This document shows, in pieces, positions 25,184 through 31,540 of a stretch of DNA of 31,540 nucleotides. The position numbers and the translations under genes are program-made. The notes beneath the pieces were generated by a model, which was not told where the DNA came from, searched no databases, and saw only the letters and a program-made list of their open reading frames with translations. This DNA comes from a virus (lineage: Duplodnaviria; Caudoviricetes), in the IMG/VR virus record IMGVR_UViG_3300049488_000031, positions 1-31,540 of that record; one strand, given 5' to 3'. Position 1 is the stretch's first letter, and every line of letters begins with the position of its first letter.

Positions 25184-26022
25184 TGGCTATGCAAGCGTCT
25201 ATTAGGCCGCAAGGTTCGTCATTTGGACAACGGACCATGGAGGCGTTGAAAAATCCCGCAATCTCGGCTGCCCTTTTGCAATTCGGGATCAACATGATGC
25301 AGCCGAGTCCAGGGGGTTTTGTCTCTCAACTCGGTCGGGCTGTAGGTGGAGGGGCCGAGGCCGCTGGTCGTTATGGTCAGGCACGAACTGCTGAGCATCA
25401 GGCTTCGCAAAAGCTCGCTACTGAGCAGAACCAGCAAAGTGTCGAGAACCAGTATCGGCAGGCGACGTTGGCGGAAACGCAGCGGTCTAACCGGAGTAGC
25501 GAGAATGCCCGTCAGGGGGCTCTTGCATTGGAGAACAAGAAGCTCGGACTCCAACAGATGTTCGCTCGAAAAGGACAGACCACTGATGTACAGCGGGAAG
25601 CTCGTTACTTCGCTATGCTCAAAAGTCTGGCGGGGGAGAAGGCTCGTAATTGGTCTGATCCGAGCGGAGATCCTTATGCAATGCCTCCAGATTTCATGCT
25701 AGACCCGGAGCTGCAGCAGCAGGCTTATCAGTTGTCGCAGACGTTCCCGCCGCAAGGGGCGACTCCCGGGCCGCAAGTATCGGCGCAAGTATCGGGGACA
25801 CAGGGGGGGCTTGGGACTCCGGCAGGTAAGGGTGATGTTCCGAGTGCTGGGGCATTGCCTGTTCAGGAACCGATGGCGACAAAGACGGGGACTCCAGCAA
25901 TACAGCTTCCTGCGGGCTACACGGCTGAGACGTTGGTTAATGAGGCTCGGGCAGCCGTTAAGGCTGGTAAAGACCCGAAGGCTGTTAACAATTATCTCGC
26001 ACAATTCGGACTTTCGCTGTAA
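25183..26022 (+). CDS. Putative ejection protein (279 aa)
   Basis: TAATG coupling; N-terminal AALLQFG..MM...LGRAVGGG segment followed by a Q-rich coiled coil. Confidence 0.65.
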   Translation: MAMQASIRPQGSSFGQRTMEALKNPAISAALLQFGINMMQPSPGGFVSQLGRAVGGGAEAAGRYGQARTAEHQASQKLATEQNQQSVENQYRQATLAETQRSNRSSENARQGALALENKKLGLQQMFARKGQTTDVQREARYFAMLKSLAGEKARNWSDPSGDPYAMPPDFMLDPELQQQAYQLSQTFPPQGATPGPQVSAQVSGTQGGLGTPAGKGDVPSAGALPVQEPMATKTGTPAIQLPAGYTAETLVNEARAAVKAGKDPKAVNNYLAQFGLSL

Positions 26023-26031
26023 GGAAATCCA

Positions 26032-29000
26032 ATGGGCTTGTTTGATAGTTTCCCGGACGCGGCTCCGCAAAGCGGGGCTTCGCCTTTCCAAGGTATACCC
26101 GAGGCTGGTAAAGGATTGTTCGCAAACTTTCCTGAAGCAGATAACTCGGTGCCGGGCGGTTCGATAGTCCGGGGTGTTGCCGATGCTGTAAAAGGGGCTA
26201 ATGTCTTGGGGATGGAGGCCGGGGCAGTTAGTCCAGAAACCGGAGCCTCCTGGATGCAATGGGCGGAGGGGTTGAAGCAATATGTACCAGTTCCTCCAGA
26301 GCACAAGGTGGCGGCTGAGCAGTTTGCTGCGATTGAGGAGAAACATAAAAATTCCTCGTGGTTTAATCCGAGCTGGCTTACCGATCGTCTAGCTTGGGTG
26401 GCGCAGAATCCCGGAGCAGCAGCTTCGGCAGTGGGCGAGAGTGCGGGTTCTAGTGTAGGACCTATGGCGACAGGTCTTGGGGGGGCGGTGGCTGGTACAG
26501 CAGCGGCCGGGCCTGCCGGAGGTATTGCTGGTTTGGTCGGGGGTACTTTTGCGGGTTCGACTGCACAGGGCTATGCCGACACCTTGCAGGATTTTATGAA
26601 GGATCGTGGACTTGATCCGCAGAAGGCGGAGTCGTGGGAACAGCTTTATACAGACGAGGCAACGTATAATGAAGCCAGTTTGTATGCGGCAAAGAAGGGT
26701 GTGGCACAGGGAGCTTTCGATACTCTTACGGCTTTCCTAGGCGCGAAAGGTGCTGGGCGTTTTGTAACAAACAAGTTGTTCCGGGGTGCAGCCGGAGACT
26801 TGGCGGCTCCGGGGACGGCACGGACTTTGTCTGAGTTTGGAGTCGATACAGCTATCGAGGGCGCTGGTGGTGCGACAGGTTATGCGACGGGACAGTTAGC
26901 GACTGGAGAGCCAGTTTCTGGAAACGAAGCTTTTATGGAGTTTATGGGAGAGTTCGGTTCTGGTGCTCCCTTTGCTGGGGCCGAGGTTGCTCTTGATCGG
27001 ATGGGGCAGACAAGAAGTTCGCCGGCGACTTTGGAGCAAATTGCGGCTGCGAGTCAGGGAAGTACGAGTGGGGGGAAACCACAGATTCCACCGGAGTTGC
27101 AGCAGCCCCTAACATCGTATGATGATGCGGAGAAACAAGGGCGGACTTGGTTTGGAGTTGCGAGTAAGGGTGGGAAGGTGGAGTCACTTGCCTCGCAAGA
27201 CTATGGAACGACGGAGCAAAATTACTCGCAACGGACTAATAATGACCCCAACAGTTATATGGTTGCGGGCGGTGTTGATGATGTGACGGAACTTGCTGGG
27301 GCTGTTGAGTCGGCGGTGATGGCCGGGGAGCCGGTTGCGGCCAGATCAGTTAATCCGCAGTTTTCAACGGAACAATTCCTAACTCAATTACAGAATCCAC
27401 CAACGGATAAGTCGTTTAAGGAATTTTACTCCCAACTGGCCGAACAAGGTCTGCGGGTCACGCCGGAGAGTAAGGTTGCTACTTTTGTCGGTAATGCTTA
27501 CGAGCGTCGGATTATGCCGTTGCTGGAAGCCCCGATTGACATGAGGTCGATTGGTTTTACCTCTCCTGCTTCCACTGCAATTCCTCTTCATCCTGAACAT
27601 GCGATCGATCTTAATAAGGTAGTTAAGAGTAAAGACTATTATGTTTCGACTTCCTGGCATGTGTTCCAGGATGTGCCTCCTGCGGGGAGGGCCGCCGACG
27701 CTTTTATTGTTCATGATCCAGGGCTGAAACAAATTGTTGAGTCTCAAGGGTGGGAAGGTCTTTGGAAATACGTTGCTAAACTTGCTGGTCCAAGTGCAAT
27801 GGATCAGGCGCAGGGACTTCAGCCCTTTGTAGACGAATTGTTTGCAAGTGGGAAGTTGGAGGTTAAACCGAACGCTGCTGTCTGGCATGGGTATATGCGG
27901 CAGTCTGTTAATTATCCTTATTTGCGGGTGGTGAGTAGGGAAGAGAAATCCGCCGCCGAGTTGCAGAATGATATGGCGGATTATTACTCCCAATATCAGC
28001 CGACAAGTAGCACTATGGCGAGGACTGAAGGCCGTTCGGCGTTTCAAGGGAGTAGCTTTGGACAAACTTTTTCCTTCTCGCTTAATACCATAGGGACGGT
28101 CTCAGGTGCTCAGTATCAAGACACCGTCGCAGTCACTTATGGGGTCGGTATTTCGGCGAAGCAGAAACAGACTGTTGAGGCCTTTCTCCTTTTGATTAAA
28201 CAGATGAATAAGAAGCTGGGGACGGAAAAGCTTCACATTTTCCTAGCCAGTGGGGTGGATGATCCTAATATTCAAAAAGTCTTTGGTGCTGTTATTCCCC
28301 CTTCTAAACTAATCAACCATGCTTTCTTCGTGGACCAAAGAACCGGCGAGCATATTATTAGCATTGAGGATAAATTTGGAGAAAGTACTGGTCTTAGCTC
28401 CGTTCTTATGCACGAATATGGGCACTCTATCTCAGCAGCCATGATGGCCAGGGCGCCGTTCGAGACGCAAGCAATGATTATGGCTGCTTATCGACGCTTT
28501 ATTATGACGAAGCAAAGGATGTCTGGCACGGAGCGTGAAAACTTCCAGCAAAGAAAACTTTCACGCTCAGATAATTTAAGCAGAGGTTCGCAAGATTACT
28601 ATACCGGGTTCGAGGAATGGTTTGCCCAGCAAGTGGCTCGGTGGAGTCATAATAATTTGGTCCCGATGAGTGTGGTGGCTAAATTCTTCCGCAAGGTTGC
28701 TCGCGAGATTAGAGGATTTGTAAAGCAAGCGAAGGCTCGTCTAGGGATTGCTTATCTGGGGGCGGAGCCCGAGGTTACCGCTTACCTCAATAGTGTTGTG
28801 CAGAACAAGGATCGAATTAATTGGGGAGCTGCGGTTCAGAGCATAGTAACGGCGAAGGCTAAGGTCATCAATGCGAAGCAAGGGATGACCGTCCCGGTGC
28901 AGAGTGAGTCCTTACCAAACATCCAGATGTTGGAGAAGTTTGCCGTTGCGCAGGGTCTGGGACCAATGCCGGTTAATACGACAAACCCGGCGATGAACGC

Positions 29001-31540
29001 AGCTGGATTGTTAGCGGTCACGCGCTCGCATAGTGATCACTTCAATCGTCTGTATAAATGGGGAATTAACTTCCGCCAGTTGGCTTCTCTTAATCCGGAT
29101 AATCAGGAGCTTCAGCTTTACGTCGGGTTGATCGAGGAGATGCAATTGGAAGCCGCCAAGATTATGTCGGGAGCGGAGACGCGACTGAAAGCGATGAAGG
29201 CTCTCGGGCGGCGGAAGGACTCGGTGACGGGGATCTCGCAGGCGGAGTACTTGAATCGTTTCTTGTTCGAGATGAATGATATGAATTACTTGACGGCGAC
29301 GGAACGTGCGGCGGGGGTGACGCGGTGGCCGACACAGGCGGAGTTCCAGGCTCTGGCGCAGAAGCATCGGTTGTCTCCGGAAGCTCTTACGGTTTACCAA
29401 GACGTGAGAAAGGACTTCCTTCAGGTCATTGATCGCACTCAGTTCCTTGCGTTGGAAGAGGCAGCTCGAGTTTATAATGATCCCGCGCAGTTTCGACAGA
29501 CAGCTCTTGACATCCAGCGTGACACGGCGAAGATGAAGAAGGCTCCGTATTTTCCGCAGACGAGGTTTGGGACTTGGGCTGTGACCGTTCGGAATGCCAA
29601 CGGGGGCTTGGAACTGTTTGAGACTTATGAGAGCGAGAGAGAACAGCAGCAAGCAGCGAAAGAAGCAACTGCACATTATTCTGGAATGTCGGTGGTAACT
29701 TCGGTTCTTCCTGAGGACGTGCAACCGTTCCAAGGTATGCCGGGTTGGTTCCTGGACAAGATGGCTAGTTTGCCGGGGATGACGAAGACACAGCAAGATT
29801 GGCTAGCCCAGCTCCGCTTTGAACTTGCTCCCCAGCAGAGTTTCCGGAAGCACTTCTTGCGGAGGAAAGGGGTGGAAGGCTATTCCCGCGAGGGACAAAG
29901 GGTCTATGCTAAGTATTTCTTCCACCATGCTCGTAGCTATTCCCGCTTGAAGTACCAGAGTCGGGTTAACCTGGTGTTGGCGAGTGCGGCGAGTGGGCAC
30001 TCCCAGGCCGCTGTTCCAGGCCAAATGGTGAATGAGAATAAGGCGTCGGGAATTGCTAACTACATGCAAAATCATTACAATGAAGTGATGAATCCTACAA
30101 GGGATTGGAGTTTCTTCCGCAGTCTGATTGCTGTGATGCATCTGGGCTTTAATGTCTCAGCGGCAGCACTGAACCTTTCACAAGTCCCGGTGATGACGCA
30201 GAGTTACTTGGGCTCTAAGTTCGGAGACATCAAGTCGGCGTTGGCACTTACGAGTGCGGGCAAAGACCTGACCACGTATTATAAGCGTGGAAGTTATAAA
30301 GGGATGTCTGGTGGTGAAATGAAAGCTATGGCCTGGTTCGTGGAGCGGAACCTCATCACGGAGTCTATGGCGGCCGAGTTGGCGTCGTTGTCGGCAGGCG
30401 GGCATATTTTGCCGGCGGGCTTCGCAACTAATGCGCTGCAGCAGGGTTGGATGTGGTTTACCGAAAAAGCTATGTTCGGTTTCCAGATGGTGGAGCAGGT
30501 GAACCGGAGGGTGACAGCTCGGGCCTCGTATCGTTTGGCGATGGAGGATTATGGTAATCCCTTGGTAACCGAGATGAAGAAATTACAGTTTCCTTTGTTT
30601 CAAGACTTGATAGGTCAGGGCTTCACTGAACGAGAGGCTAATGCAATCTTGTTTGCTAAGCAGACCTTGGACGAGACGCAATATAATTATGACAAGGTTT
30701 CCCGTCCGCGCTTTATGCGTGGGAAGGCTGGAGTCTTGTTCGCTTTTTACAACTTCACCCAGAACACCGTGTTTACCCTGATGAACCCGAAGAATAAGGG
30801 GATCATGATTCGGTGTACGTTGATCATGTTTGCTCTGGCGGGGGCGAAAGGTTTGGTCCCAGATGATGCTGAGGACATTCTGAATTGGATCGGGCGGCAG
30901 GTAGTTGGGAAAGACTTTGATCTTGAGCGGGAGACTCGACAGTTTCTGAGCAGCGTGTTGAGCCCGGAGAACTCGGACCTTGCAGTCCATGGTCTAGGCC
31001 GCTATGGGTTTGGCATTCCATGGCTGATGAATATGCCCGGTGTAGATTGGATGCCGGAGGTGGATCGGAGCCAGAACATTGCGATGAGTCGAGTGCTGCC
31101 GCTGCCGCTGACGAAGCTTCTGGAACTAGATATTAAACCGTGGGATAAGGCGCTGGTGGAGAACTCTCCGCAGTTCGCTGGTGCAGGCTGGAGCTACGCG
31201 TTGAATGCTTTAGCCCTGCTCGGAAACGATCAGCTGGATTGGGGCGATTCCAAGCGGTATGATCGGGTGATGCCAACGGCGTTGAAGAATATGACGCAGG
31301 CTTGGCGGATGTGGAAGGAAGGCGGCATTCGGGACTCTTCCTACAATATTGCATTGGAGATTGATAGTTCTGATCCCCAACAAATGGGAGAAATTATTGC
31401 GAAGGGCCTCGGTTATAATCCGACTCGACTGTCCCAATACTATGACGCCCAAAATGCGAAATATGAGATGCAGGCTTTCTGGGCGATGAAGCGGGAGCAT
31501 TTGCTCGACCGTGCTTATAAGGCAAAGTTCTTTTATAAGG
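26032..31540 (+). CDS. Large internal virion / polyvalent protein (at least 1836 aa, 3' truncated) with a zincin HExxH motif and a PLxRFG-like domain
   Basis: AAGGA at 26021, ATG 26032 (MGLFDSFPDAAP...). Frame read by hand to the window end with no stop. HEYGH at 28411-28425, EEWFA from 28612, PYFPQTRFG at 29545-29571. Absent from the ORF track. Confidence 0.88.
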   Translation, partial: MGLFDSFPDAAPQSGASPFQGIPEAGKGLFANFPEADNSVPGGSIVRGVADAVKGANVLGMEAGAVSPETGASWMQWAEGLKQYVPVPPEHKVAAEQFAAIEEKHKNSSWFNPSWLTDRLAWVAQNPGAAASAVGESAGSSVGPMATGLGGAVAGTAAAGPAGGIAGLVGGTFAGSTAQGYADTLQDFMKDRGLDPQKAESWEQLYTDEATYNEASLYAAKKGVAQGAFDTLTAFLGAKGAGRFVTNKLFRGAAGDLAAPGTARTLSEFGVDTAIEGAGGATGYATGQLATGEPVSGNEAFMEFMGEFGSGAPFAGAEVALDRMGQTRSSPATLEQIAAASQGSTSGGKPQIPPELQQPLTSYDDAEKQGRTWFGVASKGGKVESLASQDYGTTEQNYSQRTNNDPNSYMVAGGVDDVTELAGAVESAVMAGEPVAARSVNPQFSTEQFLTQLQNPPTDKSFKEFYSQLAEQGLRVTPESKVATFVGNAYERRIMPLLEAPIDMRSIGFTSPASTAIPLHPEHAIDLNKVVKSKDYYVSTSWHVFQDVPPAGRAADAFIVHDPGLKQIVESQGWEGLWKYVAKLAGPSAMDQAQGLQPFVDELFASGKLEVKPNAAVWHGYMRQSVNYPYLRVVSREEKSAAELQNDMADYYSQYQPTSSTMARTEGRSAFQGSSFGQTFSFSLNTIGTVSGAQYQDTVAVTYGVGISAKQKQTVEAFLLLIKQMNKKLGTEKLHIFLASGVDDPNIQKVFGAVIPPSKLINHAFFVDQRTGEHIISIEDKFGESTGLSSVLMHEYGHSISAAMMARAPFETQAMIMAAYRRFIMTKQRMSGTERENFQQRKLSRSDNLSRGSQDYYTGFEEWFAQQVARWSHNNLVPMSVVAKFFRKVAREIRGFVKQAKARLGIAYLGAEPEVTAYLNSVVQNKDRINWGAAVQSIVTAKAKVINAKQGMTVPVQSESLPNIQMLEKFAVAQGLGPMPVNTTNPAMNAAGLLAVTRSHSDHFNRLYKWGINFRQLASLNPDNQELQLYVGLIEEMQLEAAKIMSGAETRLKAMKALGRRKDSVTGISQAEYLNRFLFEMNDMNYLTATERAAGVTRWPTQAEFQALAQKHRLSPEALTVYQDVRKDFLQVIDRTQFLALEEAARVYNDPAQFRQTALDIQRDTAKMKKAPYFPQTRFGTWAVTVRNANGGLELFETYESEREQQQAAKEATAHYSGMSVVTSVLPEDVQPFQGMPGWFLDKMASLPGMTKTQQDWLAQLRFELAPQQSFRKHFLRRKGVEGYSREGQRVYAKYFFHHARSYSRLKYQSRVNLVLASAASGHSQAAVPGQMVNENKASGIANYMQNHYNEVMNPTRDWSFFRSLIAVMHLGFNVSAAALNLSQVPVMTQSYLGSKFGDIKSALALTSAGKDLTTYYKRGSYKGMSGGEMKAMAWFVERNLITESMAAELASLSAGGHILPAGFATNALQQGWMWFTEKAMFGFQMVEQVNRRVTARASYRLAMEDYGNPLVTEMKKLQFPLFQDLIGQGFTEREANAILFAKQTLDETQYNYDKVSRPRFMRGKAGVLFAFYNFTQNTVFTLMNPKNKGIMIRCTLIMFALAGAKGLVPDDAEDILNWIGRQVVGKDFDLERETRQFLSSVLSPENSDLAVHGLGRYGFGIPWLMNMPGVDWMPEVDRSQNIAMSRVLPLPLTKLLELDIKPWDKALVENSPQFAGAGWSYALNALALLGNDQLDWGDSKRYDRVMPTALKNMTQAWRMWKEGGIRDSSYNIALEIDSSDPQQMGEIIAKGLGYNPTRLSQYYDAQNAKYEMQAFWAMKREHLLDRAYKAKFFYK

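Noticed and set aside
4113-31500. Numerous minus-strand ORFs (e.g. 4113-4949, 7796-8644, 9005-9805, 27388-28065, 29011-29796)
   Set aside because: Antisense shadows of well-supported + strand genes, with no recognisable protein motifs.
26167-31540. Apparent 5-kb + strand coding gap in the ORF track (possible ncRNA or recoded region)
   Set aside because: It is one continuous reading frame running off the window end. Standard stops end all other genes, so there is no evidence of codon reassignment.
26032-31540. Virion RNA polymerase (N4- or crAss-like)
   Set aside because: No DxDGD or T7-type polymerase motif was recognised in the visible part; the unseen C-terminus cannot be judged.

Overview
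The window is the virion-morphogenesis arm of a short-tailed (podovirus-type) dsDNA phage or prophage. About 30 tightly packed genes all lie on the + strand; the antisense ORFs look like shadows. Gene order: a stand-alone gene with its own promoter and terminator, a four-gene capsid spike/fibre cassette led by an RcGTA Rcc01079-like spike base, putative TerS, a PD-(D/E)xK nuclease, TerL, portal, scaffold, an SU10/DUF5309-type major capsid protein, a decoration protein, tail adaptor, several fibres/RBPs interleaved with membrane (lysis-type) genes, tail nozzle, a needle-fibre fusion, a long repeat-built fibre with a tip adhesin, an M15 endolysin, a GNAT-like gene and three ejection-type proteins. 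The last gene is an ORF of at least 1836 aa (26032 to the window end) that the ORF track omits because it has no stop; it carries a HExxH zincin motif and a PLxRFG-like motif. The host is probably an alphaproteobacterium (inference). The most notable items are the head-spike cassette (a 21-aa x8 repeat protein with a C-terminal LGLGI anchor-like motif), a 14-aa LLLED micro-ORF, an apparently circularly permuted jelly-roll inside a propeller RBP, and fibre repeats identical in protein but heavily recoded in DNA. Family calls come from motif recognition and gene order, not database searches. No tRNA, rRNA, CRISPR array, integrase or transposase was seen.
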